Assembly (NCBI GenBank): GCA_043821645.1
Contig: JBDRCO010000037.1
Coordinates: 128,001-192,000 of the forward strand
Direction: 5' to 3'
DNA: 64,000 nt
Source: Pseudomonadota bacterium
GTDB taxonomy: Bacteria; Myxococcota; JACRCW01; JAFGSX01
Below the pieces are notes generated by a model that searched no databases, was not told where the DNA came from, and was given only the letters and a program-made list of their open reading frames with translations. A program made the position numbers and the translations under genes. Positions 38,851-48,682 of the stretch are shown here, piece by piece; within the stretch, counting starts at the first letter, position 1, and every line of letters begins with the position of its first letter.

Positions 38851-39446
38851 TGCTGGGCGATCCCCTGGTGGAGCTGTGCGACCTTCTGGGCCGTCTCCCA
38901 GGCGTGGGCGAGCGAACCGCGCAGCGCATGGCTTTTTACATGTTGCGCCACAGCCCCGACTATCCCCATGCCCTGGCAAGTGCCCTGGAGCAGGTGGCGA
39001 TCGCGATCCATGCCTGCGGGTTGTGCCAGAACCTCACCGCAAGCGATCCCTGCCCGGTGTGTGCGGATTCCCGCCGGCACAGAGAGACCATCTGCGTGGT
39101 TGCCAACCCGCAGGACGTCAACGCCATCGACGCCACAGGAGAGCACCGGGGTCTGTACCACGTGCTGCACGGTGTGCTGTCCCCGCTGGATGGTGTCGGC
39201 CCGGACGACCTCCGGGTGAAGCAGTTGCTGGCCAGATTGCCGGGTGCTCCTGTGGTCCAGGAGGTCATCGTCGCCACTCCGGCCTCGGTCGAGGGCGAGG
39301 CCACCGCGCTGTACCTGGCGGGGCTGATCAAACCCCTTGGTATCGCGGTGAGCCGCATCGCTGCAGGGATCCCCATGGGTGGCGAGATCGAGTACGCGGA
39401 CCGGTTGACTCTGGGACGCGCGCTCGGAGGCAGGCGATTGCTGTGA
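38850..39446 (+). CDS. recR: Recombination protein RecR
   Basis: LPGVGERTAQR, C4 zinc finger, YHVLHG.LSPLDG, EGEATA, GIPMGGEIEYAD. Confidence 0.96.
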   Translation: MLGDPLVELCDLLGRLPGVGERTAQRMAFYMLRHSPDYPHALASALEQVAIAIHACGLCQNLTASDPCPVCADSRRHRETICVVANPQDVNAIDATGEHRGLYHVLHGVLSPLDGVGPDDLRVKQLLARLPGAPVVQEVIVATPASVEGEATALYLAGLIKPLGIAVSRIAAGIPMGGEIEYADRLTLGRALGGRRLL

Positions 39447-39540
39447 CCCAGGCCCGGCGATGCACGGCGGCTCTCCGGGGTTCCCGGGCCCGACTCGATG
39501 AAGTCCTACGTCCTGACAGGCCTGCCCAGGGCTGCTGACG

Positions 39541-41187
39541 CTACTCCACGACGGGTCTGAACTGCTCGCGCACGATGCGACGGTAGTGTTCCACCTCGAC
39601 AGCCTGGCGTGCGGCATCCCAGCCCAGCACGGGGGCCGCCAGAGCCGCGACCTCCGGGGCCTGTGCCAGGGCTTGCCCCTGCACCCACAGCGCCACGCGC
39701 AGGCGGCGAGTGAGCAGATCATCGAGGTGCACCACGCATTCGCGCTGGCACAGATAGGGCACCTCGGCACGAAGGTAGGGGGCACCGTCGATCAGGGGAT
39801 GGCGGAGCTCGGCGTTGCCCGCAGCCAGTTCCAGGGGCTCATGGGCCCGCGCGCCATACGACCGCACCATCTGCTCCGCCACGCGCTCGTCGACATCGAA
39901 GCGGCGCTGCAGCTCCTTCTTCTTCTCGTCGAGGGAGACGGCGCCACCCAGGGGCTTCTCGTGGGTCGAGCAGGGCTCGATGCTGGCGCGACGTTCCTCG
40001 CTGGTGCGCTGGACCACCAGGTCCACGATGTCCATCGCCATGATGCGATAGGTGGTCAGCTTGCCGCCAGCGATGGAGATGAGACCGCTCGGATCCTCGT
40101 ACACCGAATGTTCGCGTCCCACGGCCGAGGCGTTCTGGTCGCCCTTGCCCGGTGTCACGATCAGGGTTCGTACGCCAGCGATGCTGCTGATGACATCCGT
40201 CTCGGTGAAGGGCTCACCCTCGAAGGTCGCGTTGAGCGCTTTGAGCACGTAGCCAAGGTCGGCCTCGTCGGTGGTGCGGACATCGCCGTGGTCAAAGGTG
40301 TCGGTGGTGCCGACGAGCACGACCTCTCCCCAGGGCACCGCGAACATCAGACGGCCGTCCACGCGGTTCATGAACGCGACGGTGGCGTCGAGAGGCAGGC
40401 GCGCGCGCGACACGACCAGGTGCACACCCTTGGATGCACGAAGCTCGGAGGCCTCGATGGGCGCGATCTTGCCGCGCAGGGTATCCACGTGGATGCCGGT
40501 GGCGTTGACCACCTGATCTGCCCGCACCTCGATGCGCAGGTCGCGCTCGACGTCACGCAGACGCACACCGGCGACGCGCTCGCCCTCCATCACGAACCCA
40601 GTGGCCGAGACATAGTTGAGCGCCAGGCCGCCGTGAACCACGCCGTCCACCACGTTCTCGCTGACCAGCCTGGCGTCGTCGACGGTCGAGTCGTAGTACA
40701 GGGCGACACGGCGCAGGTCGCCGGTGCGCAGCGTCGGTGCGATGGCCTGGATCTCGTCGTCCTTGAGCATGCGGTGGGGGACGGCAGAGGGACCCGCCAG
40801 ATACTCGTAGAAGCGAAGGCCCATGCGGATGAACATGGGATGCAGCCGGGTGTGTCGATAGATGGGGAACATGAAGGGCATGGCCCGCACCAGGTGCGGG
40901 TTCAGGCGCAGCAACAGCTCGCGCTCCTGGCAGGACTCCTTGGTCAGGCGGATGTGGAAGCGCTCGAGGTAACGCAGGCCGCCATGCACCAGCTTGCTCG
41001 ACTTGCTCGAGGTGCCGCTGGCAAAGTCCTCGCGCTCGACGAGGAGCACACGCAGGCCGCGCAGCACAGCGTCCCTGAAGATGCCCGCGCCGGTGATGCC
41101 GCCGCCCACGACGACCAGATCGTAGTGTTGTCCGGCCAGGGAATCGAAGGTCTGGTCGCGCTCGACGACGGAGAAGTTCTTGCTCAT
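39541..41187 (-). CDS. glpD: FAD-dependent glycerol-3-phosphate dehydrogenase/oxidase
   Basis: VVGGGITGAG, DFASGTSSKSSKLVHGGLRYL, DDARL, GGKLTTYR. Confidence 0.92.
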   Translation of the reverse strand: MSKNFSVVERDQTFDSLAGQHYDLVVVGGGITGAGIFRDAVLRGLRVLLVEREDFASGTSSKSSKLVHGGLRYLERFHIRLTKESCQERELLLRLNPHLVRAMPFMFPIYRHTRLHPMFIRMGLRFYEYLAGPSAVPHRMLKDDEIQAIAPTLRTGDLRRVALYYDSTVDDARLVSENVVDGVVHGGLALNYVSATGFVMEGERVAGVRLRDVERDLRIEVRADQVVNATGIHVDTLRGKIAPIEASELRASKGVHLVVSRARLPLDATVAFMNRVDGRLMFAVPWGEVVLVGTTDTFDHGDVRTTDEADLGYVLKALNATFEGEPFTETDVISSIAGVRTLIVTPGKGDQNASAVGREHSVYEDPSGLISIAGGKLTTYRIMAMDIVDLVVQRTSEERRASIEPCSTHEKPLGGAVSLDEKKKELQRRFDVDERVAEQMVRSYGARAHEPLELAAGNAELRHPLIDGAPYLRAEVPYLCQRECVVHLDDLLTRRLRVALWVQGQALAQAPEVAALAAPVLGWDAARQAVEVEHYRRIVREQFRPVVE

Positions 41188-41308
41188 GCGTCACCGCAGG
41201 TGGTTGGGTCGGTTGTAGCCTTGAGGACGCACCGCGTCAACGGCGTGCGAGGCGACCTGGAGGTCATGGTGAACGGAGCCGGCACCAGAGGAGCCAGGCC
41301 CGCGTCGA

Positions 41309-42391
41309 TCAGGGGATGCACTCGAAGGTACACAGGGACCATGGGATACTGCCGGCGGGGCATTCCCAGCCCTCGCTGCCGCACGGAGCCAGCGGACCGT
41401 CCGCGCTGCACCGGATCTGTCCCTGGTTGCAGTAGGCCCAGCGGCAGGTGTCGGTGGAGCTACACTGGCTGGCGGGGAGATGGCAGCTCTCGTCGAAGGC
41501 CTGGCACTGAGAGGCAAAGACCGCGCTCCCAGGGCACGCGTAGCTGGAAGCCACGTCGTCGAAGAAGCTACTACCCGACGCAACGTCGCAGCAGGTCGGG
41601 CCAGCGCCGCTCACCTGGTAGCAGGTGGGCGCAGTCGCACTGATGTCCAGAGGCCACGCTGCGGTGTACGCGTCGATACCTCCTCCCGCATCGGTGGAAC
41701 CACCACCATCCAGGGCGCTGGTGGCGTCGGGCTCAGGGCCGGTGCCGCTATCGAGGCTGATCTCGGAAACATCGAGGTGGCTCTGGCCTCCGTCCAGCTG
41801 AGATCCTCTATCCGGGATGCTGGCATCCGTGGTCCTCGGCGACTCCTCGCGACAGGCCACGCAGGGACGACGCTCGTCGGTGCAGTACTCGAAGGGCGAG
41901 CAGGGCGGGCTGATCGAGAATGGAGCCTGCAAACAGGCGCAGACCTGGTCCGCGGGGGCGGTGCACTGGGGTGGTGGCCGGTGACAGGTCGCGGTGGGCG
42001 TGGTGCCGGCCACGCCGTGCTTGATCACGCACACATCGTCGACGGAGCAGAACCACACCTCCTCGAAGTCATCTGCCTGGCAAGGTCTGAACTGACCGCT
42101 GGTGCATCGGTCCTTGCAGCTCGGGCAATCCAGCCAGCAATGATCCGCGCAGATGCGCTGGCCCTGGCAGTCCACCGCTCCGTTGAGTCCACAGGGTTCG
42201 GCTCCGTCGTCGCAGGCGCACTGTCTGCGGCAGATCCGGTTCTCGCAGCACTGCAGGCCCTCGGGACAGCTCGGGTTGTCCGCGGAGCAGGTGATCTGCG
42301 CAGCCTCGGGGATGAGCAGCTCGAAACAGGCCGCGAGTGTGCAGACGGTCACCGACATCGCTGCCCAGGCGATTCTTCTTTGTCTCGTCAT
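41309..42391 (-). CDS. Cys-rich lipoprotein
   Basis: Lipobox LAAC; two Cys-rich regions separated by a D/G/S/T linker. Confidence 0.7.
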   Translation of the reverse strand: MTRQRRIAWAAMSVTVCTLAACFELLIPEAAQITCSADNPSCPEGLQCCENRICRRQCACDDGAEPCGLNGAVDCQGQRICADHCWLDCPSCKDRCTSGQFRPCQADDFEEVWFCSVDDVCVIKHGVAGTTPTATCHRPPPQCTAPADQVCACLQAPFSISPPCSPFEYCTDERRPCVACREESPRTTDASIPDRGSQLDGGQSHLDVSEISLDSGTGPEPDATSALDGGGSTDAGGGIDAYTAAWPLDISATAPTCYQVSGAGPTCCDVASGSSFFDDVASSYACPGSAVFASQCQAFDESCHLPASQCSSTDTCRWAYCNQGQIRCSADGPLAPCGSEGWECPAGSIPWSLCTFECIP

Positions 42392-43377
42392 TCGCGCTCC
42401 CCCCGGCTCTGGCGATCCAGCCAGTCCGTGAAGAACACCTCGACCGCCGCGGCCACACCCACCACCGCCGCAGCGACATACAGGCTGGTCCGTGCGACGT
42501 CCCAGCCCTCGGCCTGGCGCTGCCGGTCTTGCAGCGAGGTGTAGGGGACAGGATCGCCTGGGGCCACGCTGGACGCGGCGAGCTCGTTGAACGCCGCGTA
42601 GCTCAGCCCCGCCATGACCGTCGCGCCCCCGCCGGCGAGGGCCAGCAGGGCCGTGGCGCCAGCCGTCGACGCGAAGACCCAGACCGGCAGCGGGGGAGGG
42701 TTGAGATCGAGCGCCACCTCGGCATCGACGCCACGTCGGGCTCCGACGACCAGCGCCTGCTCCGGGAACAGTTGTTCGACGGCCGGGCCGAGGGCCGCCA
42801 GGAACTCCTCGCCGTTATCGGGGGTGAGCCTGCGCTCCACCGAACCCCTGGCCTGGGCGTTCAACATGTCCAGGCGGCGCAGGCTGAGCACGCTGGTCTG
42901 CCCGACCCGGGTCAGGCTGCCGGTGACCAGCTCGTCGACACCCAGGGCACCGGCGATCTCGCCCAGGCAACTTTCCTGGTCGCAGCCCAGCAGCTGCTTG
43001 CTGGCCTCGTGCGCCAGCATGGCGCGGATCTCGTCCATGCCGATGGCGTTGACGCCCTTCAGCTTACGCAGCTCGGTGGTCAGCGCATCCGTGGTGAGGC
43101 GGCCGACGCGGGCGGGCACACCCTCGACCCGCAGCTCGTACACGGCGATGCGAAGCTCGTCGGGCACCCCGAGGCGTGTCTTCGCGTCGACGGTGGTTGC
43201 CGTCGATGTCGGAGCTTCCAGGTCCGCCTCGAGTGGGGCCGGCGCGGTCGACGGTGCATCGCCTGGCAAGGCGCGTGCTACACCTGGCAGGACCAGGGCG
43301 AGGAGAGCGCCCAGCCACAGCTCGACCCGGAGCACGTGCGACCCGCGATGCACTTGCTGGGCTGTCTCGGGCTGCAT
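42388..43377 (-). CDS. Exported protein with TolB-N/CsgG/FlgO-like domain and C-terminal hydrophobic hairpin
   Basis: Signal peptide; IAVYEL...DEIRAML..E..KQLLGC...CLGEIAGALGVDELVTGSL; two Gly/Ala-rich hydrophobic segments; AAGGAGG RBS. Confidence 0.65.
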   Translation of the reverse strand: MQPETAQQVHRGSHVLRVELWLGALLALVLPGVARALPGDAPSTAPAPLEADLEAPTSTATTVDAKTRLGVPDELRIAVYELRVEGVPARVGRLTTDALTTELRKLKGVNAIGMDEIRAMLAHEASKQLLGCDQESCLGEIAGALGVDELVTGSLTRVGQTSVLSLRRLDMLNAQARGSVERRLTPDNGEEFLAALGPAVEQLFPEQALVVGARRGVDAEVALDLNPPPLPVWVFASTAGATALLALAGGGATVMAGLSYAAFNELAASSVAPGDPVPYTSLQDRQRQAEGWDVARTSLYVAAAVVGVAAAVEVFFTDWLDRQSRGERE

Positions 43378-43564
43378 GGTGCCGGTGCCTCCTTCACGGC
43401 GGGTGGAGAACCCCATTCTAGCACCAGGATCGTGCCAGAGCCGAATCGGCAGCCGCCGCGCCGGAAACCAGCACGGTCCGGGATGACCCAGGTCGCGTCG
43501 AGGTCTGCGAGTGATCGGAGGGACTGTCAGGGAGGCGGTCGAGCTCAGGCGCGGGGGACGATCC

Positions 43565-46500
43565 TCAGTCGGCCGCGCCAGCCTTGTCGCCGGCCACCGC
43601 CTCGTCGCTGTAGCGCATCTCGGCGAGCTGGGAGTAAAAGCGCCAGCGCGCCTGGGCGGCGGTCTGCGCCATGTCGAGGAACTTGGCCGCCAGCTCTGGC
43701 TTGCTCTTGGTCAGCATCTTGTAGCGCGTCTCGCTGTAGGTGTATTCCTTCATCGAGATCTTGGGCGCCTTCGAGTCGAGCTTGAGGGGATTCTTGCCCT
43801 CGCGCGCCAGCAGCGGGTTGTAGCGGTACAGCACGATGTGACCGGAGTCGACGGCGGCCTTCTGGTGCTCCAGCCCCTTCTCCATGGGAATGCCGTGGGC
43901 GATGCAGTGGCTGTAAGCGATGATGAGCGAGGGACCCGGGTAGGCCTCGGCTTCGAGGAAGGCCTTGACGCACTGGGCGTCGTTGGCACCCATGGCGACC
44001 TGGGCCACGTAAATGTGGCCGTAGGTCATGGCGATGAGCCCGAGGTCCTTCTTGTTGATGGGCTTGCCGCTGGCCGCAAACTTGGCGACGGCGCCCACCG
44101 GGGTCGCCTTCGAGGCCTGGCCGCCGGTGTTGGAGTACACCTCGGTATCCAGCACCAGGGCGTTGACGTCGCGATTGTTGGCCAGCACGTGATCCAGGCC
44201 ACCGTAGCCGATGTCATAGGCCCAGCCGTCGCCACCAAACATCCACACGCTCTTGCGCACCAGGGCGTCGGCCACCGAGATCAGATTCTTGGCGTCGTTG
44301 GAGCTGTCCTTGTCGAGCTTGGTCTTGAGTTCGGCCACCCGGGCACGCTGCTCGGCGATGCCCTTCTCGGTGGTCTGGTCCGCCTCGAGCAGGCCCTGCA
44401 CCAGGTTGGCGCCCAGCGCGCCACCCATCTTGCCGAGGAGTTCGCGGGCGAACTGCCCATGCTTGTCCTGGGTCAGCCTGAAGCCCAGGCCGAACTCGGC
44501 ACAATCCTCGAACAGCGAGTTGTTCCAGGTCGGGCCGCGGCCGTCGCTGCGGGTGGTGTAGGGGGTGGTTGGCAGGTTGCCGCCGTAGATGGACGAGCAG
44601 CCCGTGGCGTTGGCGATGATCGCGCGGTCGCCGAAGAGCTGGGTCATCAGCTTGATGTACGGGGTCTCGCCGCAGCCGGAGCAGGCGCCCGAGTACTCGA
44701 ACAAGGGCTGCAGCACCTGGGAGCCCTTGACCGTGTGGATCTTGGGCAGGGTGCGATCGATCTCGGGCAGCTTGAGCAGGAAGTTGTAGTTGTCGCGCTC
44801 GGGCGCCCGCAGCGGGGGCTGCGCCGCCATCTCGAGAGACTTGTGGCTGACGTTGCTCTTGTCCTTGGCCGGGCAGACCTCGACGCAGAGCTGGCAGCCC
44901 GTGCAGTCCTCCGGCGCCACCTGCACCGAGTACACGGAGTTGGCCGGGAACTGCTTGTCCTTGGTCTCCCGCCATTTGAAGGTCGGCGGTGCGTCCTGGG
45001 TGAACTTCTTGTCGTAGACCTTGGTGCGAATGGCGGCGTGCGGGCAGACCATGGCGCACTTTCCGCACTCGATGCAGATCTTCTCGTCCCACACCGGGAT
45101 CTCGAGGGCGATGTTCCGCTTCTCGTACTGCGTGGTGCCCGTCGGGAAGCTGCCGTCCTTGGGGAAGGCCGACACCGGGATGTCGTCGCCCTTGCCCAGG
45201 ATGATCTGGCGCACCACCTGGTCGACGTACTCGGGGGCACCCTCGGGCACCGCGGGAGGACGCTTGAAGCTCGACGACACTTTGGCCGGAACCTTCACCT
45301 CGTGCAGGTTCTCCAGGGTCTTGTCCACGGCGTCGTAGTTGAGCTGGACGATGCGGTCGCCCTTGCCACCGTAGGTCTTCTTGATGGCGCCCTTGATGGC
45401 CGCGATGGCGTCGTCCTTGGGCAGCACGCCCGAGATGGCGAAGAAGCAGGTCTGCATGATCGTGTTGACGCGGTTGCCCATGTTCGCGTCCTGGGCGACC
45501 TGGTAGCCGTCGATCACGTAGAACTTGCACTTCTTGGCGATGAGGCTCTGCTGCACCTCGATGGGCAGGGTGTCCCACACCTTGTCCGCGGGCGCCTGGG
45601 TGTTGAGCAGGAAGGTGGCGCCGGGCAGCGCCTTGTCCAGCATGTCAAACTTCTCGAGGAACACGGTCTGGTGGCAGCCGATGAAGTGCGCCTGGTCGAT
45701 GAGGTAGGTCGAGCGGACGGGCTTCTTGCCGAAGCGCACGTGGCTCACGGTGACCGCGCCGGCCTTCTTGCTGTCATAGACGAAGTAGCCCTGGGCGTAG
45801 TTCTCGGTCTCGGTGCCGATGATCTTGATGGTGTTCTTGTTGGCGCCCACCGTGCCGTCGGAGCCTAGGCCGAAGAACAGGGCGCGAAAAACGCTGTTGT
45901 CCTCGGTCGAGAAGGTCGGGTCCCACGCGAGATTGGTGTGCGTCACGTCGTCGTGAATGCCCACCGTGAAGCCCTGCTTGGGCTTGTCCTTCTTCAACTC
46001 GTCAAACACGCCCTTGATCATCGCGGCGTTGAACTCCTTCGAACTCAGGCCGTAGCGGCCGCCGACGACGACGGGGAAGGTCTTGGTGGGCAGGGTGCCC
46101 TCGGCCTGCATCTCGGCCAGGGCCGTGACCACATCCTTGTACAGGGGCTCGCCGCCGGCGCCGGGCTCCTTGGTGCGATCCAGCACCGCGATCTTCTTGA
46201 CGCTGGCGGGCAGTGCCCTGGCCAGGTGCTCGCGGGAGAAGGGCCGGAACAGCCGCACCTTGACGAGGCCAATCTTCTCGCCCTTGGCCTGCAGGTACTC
46301 GACGGTCTCATGGGCGGCCTCGGTGCCCGAGCCCATGAGCACGATCACGCGCTCGGCGTCGGGAGCGCCCTCGTAGTCGAACAGGTGGTAGCTCCGACCA
46401 ACCACCTTGGCGAAGCGGTCCATGGCCTTCTGCACAATGGCCGGGCAGGCGTCGTAGTAGGGGTTCACCGTCTCGCGGGCTTGGAAGAACACGTCGGGGT

Positions 46501-47161
46501 TCTGCGAGGTGCCGCGCAGCACGGGGTGGTCCGGCGACATGGCGCGGGCGCGGTGGGCCCGCACCAGCTCGTCGTCGATCATCTGGCGCAGATCATCGTC
46601 GCTGAGCTCCTCGATCTTGGCCACCTCGTGGGAGGTGCGGAAGCCATCGAAGAAGTGCACGAAGGGCACCCGCGCTTCCAGTGACGCGGCCTGGGCGATG
46701 GCGACCGTGTCTCCGACTTCCTGCACCGAGCCCGAAGCGAGCAGGCCCCAGCCCGTGGCGCGCACGGCCATGATGTCCGAGTGATCGCCGAAGATGGACA
46801 GGGCGTGGGTGGCCAGGGTGCGGGCCGAGACGTGAAACACCGTCGAGGTCAGCTCGCCCGCCACCTTGAACATGGTCGGGATCATCAGCAGCAGGCCTTG
46901 GGAGGCGGTGAAGGTCGTGGTCAGGGCTCCCGTCTGCAGGGCGCCGTGCACCGCGGCCGCGGCTCCACCCTCGCTCTGCATCTCGACCACGTCGGGGACC
47001 GTGCCCCAGATGTTGGTCTTGCCCTGGGCGGACCACTCATCCGCCCATTCACCCATGTTCGAAGAGGGGGTGATCGGATAGATGGCGCAGATCTCGTTGA
47101 TGCGGTGGGCAACGTTGGCAGCGGCTTCATTGCCATCGATGGTGAGGATATTGCGGCTCAT
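43565..47161 (-). CDS. nifJ: Pyruvate:ferredoxin (flavodoxin) oxidoreductase, single chain
   Basis: DGNEAAA, YPITPSS, EMQSEGGA, two 4Fe-4S motifs, GACSGCGE, GGDGWAYDIG; AAGGAG RBS. Confidence 0.97.
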   Translation of the reverse strand: MSRNILTIDGNEAAANVAHRINEICAIYPITPSSNMGEWADEWSAQGKTNIWGTVPDVVEMQSEGGAAAAVHGALQTGALTTTFTASQGLLLMIPTMFKVAGELTSTVFHVSARTLATHALSIFGDHSDIMAVRATGWGLLASGSVQEVGDTVAIAQAASLEARVPFVHFFDGFRTSHEVAKIEELSDDDLRQMIDDELVRAHRARAMSPDHPVLRGTSQNPDVFFQARETVNPYYDACPAIVQKAMDRFAKVVGRSYHLFDYEGAPDAERVIVLMGSGTEAAHETVEYLQAKGEKIGLVKVRLFRPFSREHLARALPASVKKIAVLDRTKEPGAGGEPLYKDVVTALAEMQAEGTLPTKTFPVVVGGRYGLSSKEFNAAMIKGVFDELKKDKPKQGFTVGIHDDVTHTNLAWDPTFSTEDNSVFRALFFGLGSDGTVGANKNTIKIIGTETENYAQGYFVYDSKKAGAVTVSHVRFGKKPVRSTYLIDQAHFIGCHQTVFLEKFDMLDKALPGATFLLNTQAPADKVWDTLPIEVQQSLIAKKCKFYVIDGYQVAQDANMGNRVNTIMQTCFFAISGVLPKDDAIAAIKGAIKKTYGGKGDRIVQLNYDAVDKTLENLHEVKVPAKVSSSFKRPPAVPEGAPEYVDQVVRQIILGKGDDIPVSAFPKDGSFPTGTTQYEKRNIALEIPVWDEKICIECGKCAMVCPHAAIRTKVYDKKFTQDAPPTFKWRETKDKQFPANSVYSVQVAPEDCTGCQLCVEVCPAKDKSNVSHKSLEMAAQPPLRAPERDNYNFLLKLPEIDRTLPKIHTVKGSQVLQPLFEYSGACSGCGETPYIKLMTQLFGDRAIIANATGCSSIYGGNLPTTPYTTRSDGRGPTWNNSLFEDCAEFGLGFRLTQDKHGQFARELLGKMGGALGANLVQGLLEADQTTEKGIAEQRARVAELKTKLDKDSSNDAKNLISVADALVRKSVWMFGGDGWAYDIGYGGLDHVLANNRDVNALVLDTEVYSNTGGQASKATPVGAVAKFAASGKPINKKDLGLIAMTYGHIYVAQVAMGANDAQCVKAFLEAEAYPGPSLIIAYSHCIAHGIPMEKGLEHQKAAVDSGHIVLYRYNPLLAREGKNPLKLDSKAPKISMKEYTYSETRYKMLTKSKPELAAKFLDMAQTAAQARWRFYSQLAEMRYSDEAVAGDKAGAAD

Positions 47162-47306
47162 CGGTATCTCCTTAGCGTGGCACCAGAGGGGCGGACCTCG
47201 AGGTCCGTGGGCCCGTCTCATACGTGCCGCCTGCACGAAGGGCAACGGTTATTTCCGACGCCGGGAGGCTGTGCGGACCCTTGTTTTTTTGTCTCGACCC
47301 ATCGCA

Positions 47307-47336
47307 TTGACATCGCGGCCGGTTCTGATAGGTAAT
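47307..47336 (+). promoter_or_regulatory. Candidate sigma70 promoter for the mglBA cluster
   Basis: Perfect TTGACA at 47307 with TAGGTA/GGTAAT 16-18 nt downstream. Confidence 0.45.
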
Positions 47337-47466
47337 GGGCCGCTCCCGAGGAGGAGGCCTCGGCTGCCATCGCTGTGATGGCGCCGGCGGTGCAACGACT
47401 CGACGGGAACCGATAACTTTCGCGCTTTGCAGCTGCCGGGGCGAGCGCGCCGGACATGAGGGCGGC

Positions 47467-47943
47467 ATGAACTCCCAGTTTGTGATGTACGAGGAGGAGT
47501 TCAAGCATATCCATGCGGTCTGCACCCGTTTGACCCGCGATGCGAATGCCAAGGTGGTCTTCCTCGTGGACAAGAATGGCCAGCTCATCGCGGCCACGGG
47601 CGAGGTCGCCAACCTGGACACCACGAGCCTGGCCTCGCTGACTGCGGGTAACATCGCCGCCACCGGCGGCATTGCCAAGCTGATCAACGAGAAGGAGTTC
47701 TCGCAGATCTTCCACGAGGGGGAGCGCGACAACCTTCACATCAGCATCGTGGGTCAGCGCGTGATCCTCGTCGTCATCTTTGATCACCGGTCGTCACTGG
47801 GACTGGTCCGGCTGCGGGTCAAGCGCGCCAGCGAGGAACTCAATGCGGTGTTCCTGCAGCTGGCCCAGAAGAGCGGGCAACCGAGTGCGATGTCGCCGTT
47901 CGCCGAGATCACCGACGACGACATCGACTCGCTTTTCAGCTAG
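47467..47943 (+). CDS. mglB: Roadblock/LC7 GTPase-activating protein MglB
   Basis: VMYEEEF, DANAKVVFLVDKNGQLI, DTTSLASLTAGN, SLGLVRLR, SPFAEITDDDIDSLF. Confidence 0.96.
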   Translation: MNSQFVMYEEEFKHIHAVCTRLTRDANAKVVFLVDKNGQLIAATGEVANLDTTSLASLTAGNIAATGGIAKLINEKEFSQIFHEGERDNLHISIVGQRVILVVIFDHRSSLGLVRLRVKRASEELNAVFLQLAQKSGQPSAMSPFAEITDDDIDSLFS

Positions 47944-48025
47944 GGGGCGTGCCGGGCACCCGTGAGGGACGCGGCCGGTACACTGAACGTGAGGCGGTCA
48001 GGGGCTCTGAAAGAGGACGCAGTCG

Positions 48026-48616
48026 ATGTCGTTCATCAACTATTCATCGCGCGAGATCAACTGCAAGATCGTGTACTACGGTCCCGGCCTGTGCGGGAAG
48101 ACGACCAACCTGCAGTACGTCTACAACAAGACCAGTCCCGACGCGAAGGGCAAGATGATCTCCCTCGCGACCGAGACCGAACGCACCCTGTTCTTTGACT
48201 TTCTGCCCTTGTCCCTCGGCGAGATCCGTGGCTTCAAGACGCGCTTCCACCTGTACACCGTTCCCGGTCAGGTGTTCTACGACGCCAGCCGCAAGCTGAT
48301 CCTCAAGGGCGTCGACGGCGTCGTGTTCGTGGCGGACTCGCAGATGGAGCGCATGGAGGCCAACCTCGAGTCCATCGAGAACCTCAAGATCAACCTCGCC
48401 GAGCAGGGCTACGACCTCAACAAGGTTCCGTACGTCATCCAGTACAACAAGCGAGATCTCCCGAGTGCCGCCACCGTCGAGGAGCTGCGACGCTTGCTCA
48501 ACGTCAATGGGGTTCCTGAGTTCCAGGCCACCGCCACCACCGGGGTGGGGGTGTTCGACACTCTCAAGGCCATCGCGAAGCTCGTGCTCCAGGAGCTCAA
48601 GAAGGGCGCGCCCTAG
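48026..48616 (+). CDS. mglA: Ras-like polarity GTPase MglA
   Basis: [49 protein letters not shown]. Confidence 0.98.
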   Translation: MSFINYSSREINCKIVYYGPGLCGKTTNLQYVYNKTSPDAKGKMISLATETERTLFFDFLPLSLGEIRGFKTRFHLYTVPGQVFYDASRKLILKGVDGVVFVADSQMERMEANLESIENLKINLAEQGYDLNKVPYVIQYNKRDLPSAATVEELRRLLNVNGVPEFQATATTGVGVFDTLKAIAKLVLQELKKGAP

Positions 48617-48682
48617 GTCCGGACTGCAGCCAGAAGGGGAGGCCTCGCCGTCGTCCGTCGACGGACAGCAGGGGAAATCATC

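Noticed and set aside
43511-45868. 785-aa plus-strand ORF
   Set aside because: Antisense shadow of nifJ; expected from high-GC codon bias and has no motifs.
47409-47416. ACCGATAA as a sigma28 -10 upstream of mglB
   Set aside because: No matching -35 at the expected spacing; a sigma70-like TTGACA upstream is a better candidate.
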